Source of the DNA: a virus | Taxonomy: Duplodnaviria; Caudoviricetes | Length of the DNA stretch: 64,000 nt | Strand: one strand, 5' to 3' | IMG/VR virus record: IMGVR_UViG_3300011008_000034 | Location: 64,001-128,000 of that record | In this document: positions 19,516 through 29,893 of the stretch, in pieces | How positions within the stretch are numbered: position 1 is the first letter of the stretch | Layout: each line of letters opens with the position of its first letter | Translations under genes and position numbers: made by a program | The notes under the pieces: model-generated | The model's input: only the letters and a program-made list of their open reading frames with translations | What the model was told of the DNA's origin: nothing | The model's database searches: none

Positions 19516-21818
19516 AATTGATTCACCTCAAATGTATTTGGAACACCTTTTAGAATATCCATTTTTTCTAAACGTTGTTTTGTTTTATATTGTTCTATAG
19601 TAATTAAATCATTTTTCGTATCATAATATTGAGGAGACTGGTTAATATAAATCTTGAATAATTCTGGTTTTTCTTTATTAGTAATATAATTTAATGTTTT
19701 AGCTGTACGTCCTTTGATTAAAATAGATGACATCGGTACTACTTTATAGAAGTAATTATCTGCTTTAGCAAGAATTAAACAAGAATTATTTTTGTCTTCT
19801 GATTCTAAAGATACTTGTACATCGATTATTTCATCATTAATAATGGACGAAATTTGAATGCCTTTAGTATTTACACCGCTCGTTTTGCAATTTGGCTTAA
19901 AACGAGTAATTCCCCCAGATTTAGTAGCTATAGTCACAACTTCATCTTCAGTATCTGAAATTAAAAGATTTTTTACTATAGTATGTTTTTCTGAGAATAA
20001 ATTCTTTCCTGATACCAATTTTGAAAATGCAGTTTTCTTTAAAAATCCATCACTAGTAATAGTCAATAAAATCTTATCAGAAACAGGAAAAATATCTGCA
20101 ATATTATTGATTTGAGTATTAGGAATATCAATTACTTTTGTTTGTACTAACTCTCCAGTTTTTAGAATAATCCAGATATAATCATTAGATTTTGCTTGGA
20201 AATATGTTTTATACAATGTTTTTCCTTCAGCAAGATTTTTAATCTTATCCACTAGTTTTAAGTTTTTATTAGTAAGAACTACATAATAAGATTTATCTTC
20301 TTCTTGAGTAGATGTATAATCAGAAAACGACTTAACAATTTTTGTACGGCGAGCGTCTCCAAATTCTTCTTTTAATTGAGTCAATTCGTTAATCATATAT
20401 TGTTTTAATTCATTTTCATCATTAAGAACCTTAGTATGATAAGATAATAATTGTTCTAATTTTTTAATATCTTCATGAATTTTTCCACGTTCACGTTTTA
20501 CTAATGAGCGTGATTTTCGGTCTAAAATATAATTTGCCTGAACATCTGTTAATTTATATTTTGTTTTTAATAGCTCCAATGCAGACTTATCATCTTCAGC
20601 TTCAATGATTTCCTTAATAACTGTTTTTATCTTATCAATGACTTTTGCTACACCTTGCATAATTTCCAATTTACGTTGTTCTTTTTCTGTAAGATATAAC
20701 ATTCTACGTTTAACTACTTCTTTACGATTTTCAATATAAATATCAAAATAGTCCATTAAAGTAATAATTTTTGGAGCATTTTGATAAACACCATACATGA
20801 CATATTTAATAGATTTTTCTAAATCTGTGTGATTATATAAAGAAGAAATAATACTTTGAAGGTTTGCGGATTTTGAACATTCTATGACTAAACGAATTGA
20901 ATTTTCTTCTGATTCATCTCTGACTGCTTGAATTTTCTGTAATTTCTTTTCTGATATTAATTTTAGAATCTTTTCAATCAATGCTTCAGTTTTTACGGCT
21001 GGAGGAATGTCAATGAAAGCTATTTCTGGATTTCCATTATATGGATTGGTTTCAATCTTATAATTACTTCTGTAAGTGATAGAAGCCTTTCCCGTTTCAT
21101 ATAAGGATTTAATATTCTCCTTCGTAATGGATGCACCAGTCGGGGCGTCAGGACCTTTAATGTATTTTAATAAATCTGATAATGTATAGGGATTAGAAAT
21201 AGCATAAATTAATGCGTCACATACTTCAGTAAGATTATGAGATGGACATTCGGTTTTCATTCCCACTGCTATACCTGATGCACCTTCGATTAAAAAAACA
21301 GGAAGTAATCCTGGCAATATTACTGGTTCAGTAGTGGTTTCATCATAATTAGGAATAAAATCTACACTGCATTCATCTTTAACATCTTCTAATAAATAAG
21401 AAGAAATTTTAGCTAAACGAGCTTCAGTGTAACGATCTGCAGCAGGAGAATCGCCGGAAATTGAGCCGTTACTTCCATGAAAATCTATTAATGGATAACG
21501 AAATTTCCAATTTTGAGACATATTAGCTAAAGTTCCGTAACAAGATGAATGAGGATGATACTTACCCATTACATTACCAGCTATGCGAGCACATTTTTTG
21601 AATGGCTTGTCATAATCATACCCTTCTTCCATGCAAGAATATAAGATTCTGCGTTGAGCAGGCTTCAAACCATCTAATACATTTGGAATAGCTCTATCAC
21701 ATATTACTAACATTGCATATGAAATCATACTATTTTTTATTTCTTGAGAGATGTCACTTTGCGTAATTTCTTCATTGTCTAACATACGTTGAATATATTC
21801 TGTAGAATTTTTCTTCAT
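19512..21818 (-). CDS. gyrA: Type IIA topoisomerase subunit A (GyrA/ParC-like)
   Basis: RAIPNVLDGLKPAQRR, GKYHPH, AADRYTEARL (catalytic Tyr), GIAVGM. Confidence 0.92.
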   Translation of the reverse strand: MKKNSTEYIQRMLDNEEITQSDISQEIKNSMISYAMLVICDRAIPNVLDGLKPAQRRILYSCMEEGYDYDKPFKKCARIAGNVMGKYHPHSSCYGTLANMSQNWKFRYPLIDFHGSNGSISGDSPAADRYTEARLAKISSYLLEDVKDECSVDFIPNYDETTTEPVILPGLLPVFLIEGASGIAVGMKTECPSHNLTEVCDALIYAISNPYTLSDLLKYIKGPDAPTGASITKENIKSLYETGKASITYRSNYKIETNPYNGNPEIAFIDIPPAVKTEALIEKILKLISEKKLQKIQAVRDESEENSIRLVIECSKSANLQSIISSLYNHTDLEKSIKYVMYGVYQNAPKIITLMDYFDIYIENRKEVVKRRMLYLTEKEQRKLEIMQGVAKVIDKIKTVIKEIIEAEDDKSALELLKTKYKLTDVQANYILDRKSRSLVKRERGKIHEDIKKLEQLLSYHTKVLNDENELKQYMINELTQLKEEFGDARRTKIVKSFSDYTSTQEEDKSYYVVLTNKNLKLVDKIKNLAEGKTLYKTYFQAKSNDYIWIILKTGELVQTKVIDIPNTQINNIADIFPVSDKILLTITSDGFLKKTAFSKLVSGKNLFSEKHTIVKNLLISDTEDEVVTIATKSGGITRFKPNCKTSGVNTKGIQISSIINDEIIDVQVSLESEDKNNSCLILAKADNYFYKVVPMSSILIKGRTAKTLNYITNKEKPELFKIYINQSPQYYDTKNDLITIEQYKTKQRLEKMDILKGVPNTFEVNQL

Positions 21819-21850
21819 TTTTACACACTCCTTTCTAATGGAATATATAA

Positions 21851-21880
21851 AAAAAGGAGAGATTTAAATCTCTCCTTTTT
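21851..21880. terminator. Intrinsic terminator
   Basis: aaaaaggagagattt-aaatctctccttttt. Confidence 0.75.
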
Positions 21881-21968
21881 CAGTAAATGCATATTTATTT
21901 TATCCTCTCTGCGACCAGAAGACCCTCGCCTCTATAGGCGGGAGATGAATGGTCACGCCACAATATTT

Positions 21969-23495
21969 CTAAACATATACTAAAGATTTTCGTTGCACGA
22001 CAATACAATCCCGTGCGGGAAAATTCCTTTGTTCTTGCCCATAAGCCCTGTAATACTGATTATTAGTCAGGCTGCCTGTCATGGTATACCTTTGTTTTTG
22101 GAAAAGGAATGTCGCACCAGCCAGAATTCGTTCTGTATTATTGTATCTACGAAAAGATTTCACAACTTGGACTTTCGACAATTCCATGCGAGCCTGTCGG
22201 CGTCCAACTTTTTCACAAAGTTGCTTATACCAATCGCTTAGTGCAGGAACCTTCTCGTCTTGTTCGAAACGGGGTTTTCGATTTTTGGCTACGACCTCGA
22301 ATATAGGTTTTTCTGTTTCTTTTTTGCCTTTTTTAACCTTTTTTGTACCGACACACATCTTGTAAGTTCGTTCGCACTGAGCTTTGATGTTAGCCCTGTC
22401 ATGGTTTCTGAACTGCATAATCTCAAAGGGTTGGCTGCCGTCATACCGTAAAGGGAGGCTTCCTCTTAAAGCTGCTATGCAGGCAGCGTCAGCATTATGT
22501 TCCTTGACAATATTATGCTCCTCACGGAAATGTGCGGTTTCAAAGCCACGGCAGATATGCAGATTGTTTCCGAACATTGTCAAAAGTTCGTCATAGATAA
22601 ACGGCATGGCAATATTGACGATGGACGCTCCCGCATATTTTTTCTTCTTTCCAATACTGTCGAGCAATGCTCGATTTGTATGGACTTTATTATGACATTC
22701 GTTGCACAGTCCCACGATGTTTTCGGGCGTGTCGCTGCCGCCCTCGTGCCGTGGAACGATATGGTGGTGGTGCTCGATATTACCACCACACAACACGCAG
22801 CGACCGTCCTGCAAATAGTCGATATAAGCATTGATATTGGAAAAGCCCTTCATTCGCCCGTTCTGGAAGTCCATGCCCCGAACAGAGTCATCTTCCAGCA
22901 ACATGAACGCAAACTTGTTGTACTCCAAAGTCCAGTGTGTCACGGACAAAATCCTGCAAATCTGTTTCACCATATTGATATGCGTTTGGACGCACTGTCT
23001 TGCGGTCGGGGTTATCCAGTTTGCGGGACGTTTTCGGTGGCAAAATTTTGCCTCCGTGTTGGTGATGTCCTTCACTTGGAGGACACCGTTCTCGTATTTC
23101 GGGAGCTTCCGTCCTTCAGGAAAGTCTGTTATTGTGCCGTTTTTCTTTGCACGACGCTTCCTGCGAAGACGCTCGCCACGGCGAGAAGCCTGCCGATGGG
23201 CCTTGCGGTTTTTCATCAGCTTTGGAATCCCTTTGTTTCTGGTGGCAACGTGGGCCTCATAAACAACCTCTCCTTTCTGATTGACCACAGCCTCGCCGAT
23301 GTTGGTTCTACCGGGGTCAGTGCCACCGTAAAGGGGCTGGGTATAATTATCGGACTCGTACAAAAGCTGTATGACGAACGGCTTCGTTGAAACAGCTTTT
23401 GCCTGCCCAAAGTTAAGCAGCCTCCGTACATGACCGAACCTTTTGGTTGGCATGAGCGGGTTGCCGTTCTTGTTCAAAACATAAACTACATACAT
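21969..23495 (-). CDS. iscB: IscB RNA-guided endonuclease
   Basis: PLMP, GTDPG (RuvC-I), Arg-rich bridge helix, LEYNKF (RuvC-II), HNH (CVLC…HHIVPR…N…CHNKVH), HNADAACIA (RuvC-III). Confidence 0.95.
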   Translation of the reverse strand: MYVVYVLNKNGNPLMPTKRFGHVRRLLNFGQAKAVSTKPFVIQLLYESDNYTQPLYGGTDPGRTNIGEAVVNQKGEVVYEAHVATRNKGIPKLMKNRKAHRQASRRGERLRRKRRAKKNGTITDFPEGRKLPKYENGVLQVKDITNTEAKFCHRKRPANWITPTARQCVQTHINMVKQICRILSVTHWTLEYNKFAFMLLEDDSVRGMDFQNGRMKGFSNINAYIDYLQDGRCVLCGGNIEHHHHIVPRHEGGSDTPENIVGLCNECHNKVHTNRALLDSIGKKKKYAGASIVNIAMPFIYDELLTMFGNNLHICRGFETAHFREEHNIVKEHNADAACIAALRGSLPLRYDGSQPFEIMQFRNHDRANIKAQCERTYKMCVGTKKVKKGKKETEKPIFEVVAKNRKPRFEQDEKVPALSDWYKQLCEKVGRRQARMELSKVQVVKSFRRYNNTERILAGATFLFQKQRYTMTGSLTNNQYYRAYGQEQRNFPARDCIVVQRKSLVYV

Positions 23496-23509
23496 TCCAA
23501 AAATCTCCT

Positions 23510-23740
23510 TTAGAGATAAATCGTCGCAGTTGCGACGTAAGATTGCCATAGACTCGGTGCAGCCTTAGAGTTTCGGGAGGCTTGGCATTACCCCCGGTTC
23601 TGGAGTTGCATCGCCCAACGGATATTTCTGTCGGAATCCCGTGCTTTCGTTATCACGGGTGTCTCTGCTCAACAACGCCCACTCGGGACTTGTTTCCAAG
23701 CCCCCGCTTCAGATGCGAAGCATTAAGCGGGGTTGTTGAC
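23510..23740 (-). ncRNA. omegaRNA (HEARO-like) scaffold of IscB
   Basis: About 230 nt, GC-rich, multi-hairpin region directly upstream of iscB, starting GTCAACAACCCC…GGGGCTTG. The 3' boundary is approximate. Confidence 0.85.
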
Positions 23741-24207
23741 TTATACCCTTTTTTATAACATTTTTTTATCCTATCATACCAGTTAACATAAATACTTATT
23801 TGTGGAAGTATTTTCTTTTTCATTTCATCATCATTTTTTTGTAATTGATATTCTATATATACAACCGGCATAAATTTATCTAATCCAAATTCAAATGAAT
23901 TTTTTACCTCTATTTTTATTGTATTTTTTTTATGACCATAAGTTTGATTCATAAGAATTATCATGTCATGATTTTTATAATAATCTTTATAATCACTATT
24001 GGTTTCATAAAAAGCACACTTTACGGTATTGTCCCAAATTCCCCAAATTCCAGACATAATTAATCCTAAATCTTCTCCATCTTTATTTAACTGAAAAACA
24101 GCTGGATTTTTATATTTACGAGATAATTTATATAAAACTAAATTTAATTTATCTTGCAATGTTCCACTAAAATGTTTATTTATAAAATTTAATTCCCAAT
24201 TTAACAT
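23741..24207 (-). CDS. Hypothetical protein whose last codon and stop were displaced by the IscB element
   Basis: The ORF now reads into the omegaRNA to 23653; the native end is …CYKKGYK*. Promoter at 24236-24264. Confidence 0.65.
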
Positions 24208-24269
24208 ATTATAAACACCTTCCTTTCTTGTATATATTATAACACATAAAAAGGAAGGTGTAAATAGTT

Positions 24270-24746
24270 TTATTGGGAAAAATCTATATTTTTTTCTTTC
24301 ATTATTTTAATAACTTCATTATAGGCTTGTGAATATGATTCTGCTTCTAAAGGAATAATTGTGCAATTATCAATAATCGAATCATGCATACTTTTTATAG
24401 AATCACGTATACTTTGCCATGTCTCTCCATCATATTTTTTAGATTGTTTTTCTTTTATTGTTCCATCAATATTGTATTTATATTCATTTAAATATACAAT
24501 GTTATTTCCATTTTTATTTAATTGATAAATTTCACTTAAATAAATATATGGTTCATCTACTGCTGCTTCAGAAAATTGATATCCAAAATGTCCTTCAATT
24601 CCTATGTTTTCATCTCTCGTTATCGTAGCTTTGTACCCATTAGATATGTATTCATCATATCCTTGCATAATTCCTTTTGAAATAGATGAATCTGGTTCGT
24701 TAACATTTAACGTCCTTGCAATTCGTTCAGCTATAACATTTCTCAT
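24270..24746 (-). CDS. Hypothetical protein
   Basis: ATGA-coupled ORF. Confidence 0.6.
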   Translation of the reverse strand: MRNVIAERIARTLNVNEPDSSISKGIMQGYDEYISNGYKATITRDENIGIEGHFGYQFSEAAVDEPYIYLSEIYQLNKNGNNIVYLNEYKYNIDGTIKEKQSKKYDGETWQSIRDSIKSMHDSIIDNCTIIPLEAESYSQAYNEVIKIMKEKNIDFSQ

Positions 24747-25363
24747 AAATAATCATTCAACTCCATAACAGTCATAGCAATATAAGATGAAATAGCATCA
24801 TCTATATCACTTTGATTAGCACCTAATTCTTTTGCTAATCTTTCTGCTTCTTTTTCAACTTTATCTAATAATCCATTTTTAGTTAAATAATCTTCCACCA
24901 TTCCAATACGAAAATAACTATCTGATTCTGCATATTGTTTGATAAAATCTTTGTGTTTAGTTATTTCTTCAAACGGAATTTCAAATTTATCTAGAATATC
25001 ATCTACCAAACTGATATATGCCTTCTTTAATCTTTTTGCTACCATATGACGATTTGAATAAGGAAGAGAATCTTGGATTTTTTCTTCTAATCTCATAGAA
25101 AATTCCGTAGATAATGCTTGAATAATATCATATTCATCAGCTTCTAATTGATTTTCTTCTATATAATCATATACTTCCATACATAAATCAGAACCTAAAA
25201 AATAACGTATAGAATAGTTATTTCTCAGTTGTCCTGTCATCTCTATATAATCATCATAGTCAAAACCTTTTCCCTGGAAAGCATTCTCTACTAAATCATT
25301 TAATTTATTTTCAAAATGATTTATTATTTCTTTTATTATATCTTGTGCACTAGATTTTTTCAT
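24743..25363 (-). CDS. Acidic hypothetical protein with internal KRLKKA motif
   Basis: ORF with AAGGTG RBS. Confidence 0.6.
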   Translation of the reverse strand: MKKSSAQDIIKEIINHFENKLNDLVENAFQGKGFDYDDYIEMTGQLRNNYSIRYFLGSDLCMEVYDYIEENQLEADEYDIIQALSTEFSMRLEEKIQDSLPYSNRHMVAKRLKKAYISLVDDILDKFEIPFEEITKHKDFIKQYAESDSYFRIGMVEDYLTKNGLLDKVEKEAERLAKELGANQSDIDDAISSYIAMTVMELNDYL

Positions 25364-25372
25364 TGTATCACC

Positions 25373-25918
25373 TTATAATTTAATTATGTTTAAACATGAA
25401 TTAACGTAACTATCGTTCACTTTTGGACTATTCCATAAAGTAATATTATCCACTAATACGGGTATTTTTGACATTTTAATTGGTTCAAATTCAGGAGTAT
25501 TAAATGCCATTGTAATATGAGGAACATAACTTTTAAAATCTCTTTCTGGATGCTGATAATTTATTTGTTTATAGATATCATCAAATATATATCTAATTTG
25601 AAATAATTTAAATGCTCCTGAAACATCTAACCATGCCGCTCCCCGATCAAAACGATTTAATGTAGATGCAAATACATAAAAAGCAGGAAAATCTTTTGCA
25701 TAATTATCTTGGAATATCTGCATTGCTTGTTGTACTTTTTTGACATTATCATCGGTTTCTTTTCCAATATAATCAATTGTTATATGAAATGATGCGTCAT
25801 CTACATAATCACCCGGAATAATTTGTTTTGCATTTGTCTGAGAATTTTTTAGCATGGCTATTGTCATAGGGTCAGTTATATTCATAGCTAACCATAATTC
25901 ATTTCTTGCTTCACTCAT
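25373..25918 (-). CDS. 2H phosphoesterase (LigT/ThpR/Acb1-like fold)
   Basis: Two HxT motifs: FHITIDY and PHITMAF. Confidence 0.85.
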   Translation of the reverse strand: MSEARNELWLAMNITDPMTIAMLKNSQTNAKQIIPGDYVDDASFHITIDYIGKETDDNVKKVQQAMQIFQDNYAKDFPAFYVFASTLNRFDRGAAWLDVSGAFKLFQIRYIFDDIYKQINYQHPERDFKSYVPHITMAFNTPEFEPIKMSKIPVLVDNITLWNSPKVNDSYVNSCLNIIKL

Positions 25919-26298
25919 TAGTATTCACCATTCTTAATTCTATCATAAATATTGTACATAAAATAATGTTTTGTAAATAAATTCTCATAATCTTTATAAA
26001 TAACATATAGATTTACACCTTGATTTATCTTTTTTTGAATATCGTAAATCATATCATAAGTTAGTTTTGAATTCGGATTATTTTCCACTGTACGCCTAAC
26101 ATAGAAATCTTTGTTTTCCCGAGTAAAAACCTCAGACATGACATTTTTCCAAGTAACACCCTGCCAAATCTTATTAAAGCCAGATAAAGACACAATATCA
26201 GAGTATTTTTTATAAACTTGTTGTTTGTTTTCATGATTTGCATAACTTTTTCTTATTTCTTCAACTTGATATTTTTTAATCTTTGACATAACTATCAC
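25918..26298 (-). CDS. Orphan homing-endonuclease-type DNA-binding repeat protein
   Basis: SKI…VEEIRKSY…FNKIWQGVTWKNV and NPNSKLT repeats, no nuclease domain. Confidence 0.5.
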   Translation of the reverse strand: MIVMSKIKKYQVEEIRKSYANHENKQQVYKKYSDIVSLSGFNKIWQGVTWKNVMSEVFTRENKDFYVRRTVENNPNSKLTYDMIYDIQKKINQGVNLYVIYKDYENLFTKHYFMYNIYDRIKNGEY

Positions 26299-26429
26299 CT
26301 TCCATTTTTTATTTTAAACTAAAAAGAGGAACTTAAATTCCTCTTTTTAAACGTTACCAAATTCCATCTTTTATTTTTTTAAATTCAATAAGAGAGAAAA
26401 CAAAATGTCTTCTCTCTAAAAAATACTTT

Positions 26430-26831
26430 TTACAAACTAGATAAATCTGCTAAATATGAATTTTCTTCAATAAATTGTTTACGAAGTTGTGCATCTTTTC
26501 CCATAAGAATTTCAAAAATTTCCGCAGCTTCTTTTGCATCTTCAATTGTAATTTGCTTTAAAGTGCGTGTTTTAGGGTCGACAAGAGTTTCTTTTACCTC
26601 TTGTGGTCCCATTTCTCCAACTCCTTTGAAGCGGTTTACACTATATTTTTCATTTGGATGTTCTTTACGGTATTGTTTTAATGCTGCATCATCTTTTAAA
26701 TATAACGACGATGTATCTGATTTTATAATTCTATACAATGGAGCCACAACAATATAAACATGTCCTTCTAAAATTAATTGAGGCATATAATAATAAAACA
26801 ATGTAAGAATTAATGACGCAATATGGTTTCC
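26430..26831 (-). CDS. gyrB: GyrB exon 2
   Basis: GNHIASL…APLY…RFKGVGEM…RKQFI; completes the TOPRIM motif DADID/GNHI. Confidence 0.9.
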   Translation of the reverse strand, partial: GNHIASLILTLFYYYMPQLILEGHVYIVVAPLYRIIKSDTSSLYLKDDAALKQYRKEHPNEKYSVNRFKGVGEMGPQEVKETLVDPKTRTLKQITIEDAKEAAEIFEILMGKDAQLRKQFIEENSYLADLSSL

Positions 26832-27198
26832 CGAATACATTCACATTAGTTCGTTACTTCTAATGCAGTTCTCTCATGAACTTCTTACGCTTTCACGTAA
26901 AGTCTAGACTATATCTTCACCATATATCTAAATAGATACTTAGGGCCACTCATTTCCATGCACTTACATGTACTCCTTTTTAGGATAGTCGTTGAGGGTG
27001 AATTATCTTCCCTGCTGATTGCCGATTATATTAGACTTAGGATTTAACCATATCTTATCTAATCAATTTTTTCTACTTTCGTAACCAAATTTATTTGGTT
27101 TGATTAGCTTTACGGGTTTCCAGCATATAAGAGTGGATTCTTATGCAAGTTTCCCTACATAAGGACTTAATTAAATTTTATAAAATTTAATTTTATTA
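26832..27198 (-). ncRNA. Group I intron (367 nt, no internal ORF) in gyrB
   Basis: Exon 1 ends in U (GAT) and the intron ends in G. P/Q/R/S elements TGCTGGAAA, AATCAGCAGG, CAACGACTA, AAGATATAGTCT. Splicing restores the frame. Confidence 0.92.
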
Positions 27199-28734
27199 AT
27201 CAATATCCGCGTCAGTTGCTATTATAATTTTATTGTATCTTAATTTACTAATATCAAAATTCTTTCCAATTCCAGTTCCTAAAGAAGCAATAATTCCTTT
27301 TACAGATTCTGCAGAAAGAATTTTTGAAAGTTCAGCTTTATTTACATTAAGTATCTTTCCACGTAATGGTAAACAAGCTTGAAATACTTTATTACGAGTA
27401 AGTTTTATTGAATTACCAGCGCTATCGCCTTCGCAGACATAAGTTTCTGAAAATCCATCATGAATCTGACAATCTGCTAATTTTGCAGGTAACGCCATAT
27501 TAGATAATTTCTTTGTTTTTCTAGCATTTAATCTAGCCGTACGCGCAGCTAATTCAGCAATTTTTGTATTGTTTGCTCTATTTATTATAGATTCAATAAT
27601 CTTCTTATAATCTTTATTTTTGATTATTTTCTTAAATTCATCTTTAAAAATACTAATTACTGCATCTCCAGCTTCTTTATTCCCTAATTTTGATTTTGTT
27701 TGTCCTTCTAATTGAGCATGATGAATTTTTATTGATATAACTGCATATAATCCATCCATATAATATTGTTGTTCAATAGGTTCTTTAATTATTTTTTTAT
27801 CTAACCCATATTCATTTAAACAATCTTTATATACGTTTTTAAATGCATTTAAATGTGTACCACCATCATATGTACGTGCTGTATTGGCAAATGTTTTTAT
27901 AACGGTATTTCTTTCTGATTCATCATCAGTAATAAATGCCATATCACATTTTATAATACCATTTTCTTCATCATTATATGACCCAGAAATAAAAAATGGT
28001 TCATCATATAATGTAGTTTTATTCCCCAAAAATTCTTTTACGTATCCTGCAATACCGTCTTCAAAACAATATGTAGTATTAATATTAGTTAATTCATTAA
28101 TATAATTAATTACGAGTCCTTTATTTAAAAAGGCACTTTCTTTTAATCGTTTTGTAATTCTTTCTCCAGGGTCTAATCCATATTTAAATACTTTTTTATC
28201 TGGTTTGTATTTAATTTTTGTTCCTGTTTGAGATGATTTTCCAATTGTTTCTAAATCAATACACGGTTCTCCTCTTTGAAAACGTTGATGATAAATGACT
28301 CCATCGCGACTAACTTCTACATCAAAATATTCCGAAAGAAAATTGGTTACTGCCGCGCCCATTCCATGCATGCCTACGACCGAAGAGTATTTTGAATCAC
28401 TGGTTTCAAATTTTCCGCCTGAATTTAATGATGTTAAAATACCAGTTAATGTATTTAATGGATTACCATTTTTATCTTTAAATTCATCATTATACCCTAC
28501 AGGAATTCCTCTTCCAAAATCTTCTACTTCAACACTATAATCTTTAAAAATGTGTACATTAACAACATTTCCAAAACCCATGTTGTGTTCATCAATTGAA
28601 TTATCTACAATTTCTATAATTAATTGAGATAATCCAAATGCCCGTATATCTGAAATATACATCGCAGGTCTTAATCGTACTGCTTCTCGTTGAGATAGCA
28701 AATGTACATTACTAGAATTATAATCATTTGACAT
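27199..28734 (-). CDS. gyrB: GyrB exon 1 (type IIA topoisomerase subunit B)
   Basis: VRLRPAMYI, EIVDNSIDE, GRGIP, GMHGMG, EGQTK, CEGDSA, PLRGKILN, ATDADID. Confidence 0.93.
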
Positions 28735-28836
28735 ATTCTTACCTCCTTTTAAAATCTTTATAAATAATTTTGTTCATATGCATTTTTTCTTTTTTAATAG
28801 ATACGTAAAACAAAATAAGGCAATACGCCTTATTTT

Positions 28837-29238
28837 TCATCTATTCATATGACTATCATATGCAAATTCAGCGGCATCTCGAACATTTTCTTCAACAATT
28901 TCTTCTAACTTTGTTCTAATTTCATCATTATCTTCAAATAAAGTATCATATTGTAAATCGTGAATAAGTGTTTCAACATCGCTTTGATTTTCGTACCATT
29001 TATTATTAATTTTAATAAATTCACGAATGGAATTGTCATTATTAACAACAATTTTTACATGTAAACCATCCAATTCTGTATCATTTTCGGAATAATAGTT
29101 CCATACGAATAAGGAAATTACACCCTCTGCAACAAATCCATCATTTGTATCAGTAATAGAAAAATTGCCATAATCACTATTCTCAAACAATTCTTTTACA
29201 TCTTCTAAGGCACTTGCTTTCTTAATTAATCTTTTCAT
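28837..29238 (-). CDS. Acidic hypothetical protein with MKRLIKKA leader
   Basis: AAGGAGG RBS. Confidence 0.65.
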   Translation of the reverse strand: MKRLIKKASALEDVKELFENSDYGNFSITDTNDGFVAEGVISLFVWNYYSENDTELDGLHVKIVVNNDNSIREFIKINNKWYENQSDVETLIHDLQYDTLFEDNDEIRTKLEEIVEENVRDAAEFAYDSHMNR

Positions 29239-29256
29239 TTAAAACTTTCCTCCTTA

Positions 29257-29481
29257 TTATGCATTATATTTCAACCATTTTCCATCTAATTCCATATATT
29301 CTATTGTTCCTAATTTTTTTGTTACAAGAAATTTTACAGATTTTTTGCTCATCCCTTGTTTTTCTTGAACGTCAGCTATTCCTTCAGCTAAAAATCCATC
29401 TAAAGGTTCTCCTTCTAAATCAATAATATGGAAACCTTTTTCTTGAAGTACTTGTTTTAATTCGTTATATTTTGATTTCAT
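29257..29481 (-). CDS. Hypothetical protein
   Basis: ORF with RBS. Confidence 0.55.
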   Translation of the reverse strand: MKSKYNELKQVLQEKGFHIIDLEGEPLDGFLAEGIADVQEKQGMSKKSVKFLVTKKLGTIEYMELDGKWLKYNA

Positions 29482-29604
29482 ATATACTTTCCTTTCTTAT
29501 TTATATTTTTTGTATTTTTTTATACATAATTAAAATAAAAAAACAAAACAAAAAAAGACTACAAATTGTAGTCTTTTTTAAAAAAATGATAATTCAATAA
29601 TAAA

Positions 29605-29677
29605 TGGGGGCTCGGGGAGGAGTTGCACCTCCATCTCCGTACTGCAGTTACGGGCTCTGCTATTAAGCTACCTACCC
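29605..29677 (-). tRNA. Degenerate tRNA (anticodon GCA/Cys or shifted TGC), CCA encoded
   Basis: D arm GCTT/GAGC and T arm GGAGG/CCTCC. Two acceptor-stem mismatches and an abnormal anticodon loop. Confidence 0.5.
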
Positions 29678-29682
29678 AAAAG

Positions 29683-29893
29683 ATGGTTACTCATCCACCG
29701 TAAGGACTTCACTGCCGTTACCCATTTTTCATCAATATAACAAACTCTTATCTGCACAAGTAGTTCATTGACGACGGTTATCCGCTCAAATCGGATGGTA
29801 TTCGCTGCCACGGATTGCGAGTCCGTGTCTCCCCGGTGTTTGAGTCACCGTAATGGATGGGAGGTACGCATACGCAGAATTACTACGACTTCA
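29683..29893 (-). ncRNA. Unidentified structured ncRNA
   Basis: GC-rich, no ORF. Three hairpins with complementary loops, directly after a consensus promoter (29901-29929). Confidence 0.55.

Larger units (their letters stand above)
21904..23740 (-). mobile_element. Non-autonomous IS200/IS605-family IscB element (omegaRNA + iscB)
   Basis: Sharp GC-rich island. Starts GTCAACAACCCC, ends with a subterminal hairpin (ctcccgcctatagaggcgaggg). Excision restores the stop codon of the upstream gene. No tnpA. Confidence 0.9.

Noticed and set aside
21993-23431. Many overlapping ORFs, including a 297-aa plus-strand ORF, inside iscB
   Set aside because: Shadow frames caused by the higher GC of the element; no RBS or recognisable motifs.
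23653-23740. C-terminal 29 aa of ORF 23653-24207
   Set aside because: Read-through into the omegaRNA after insertion, not native coding sequence.
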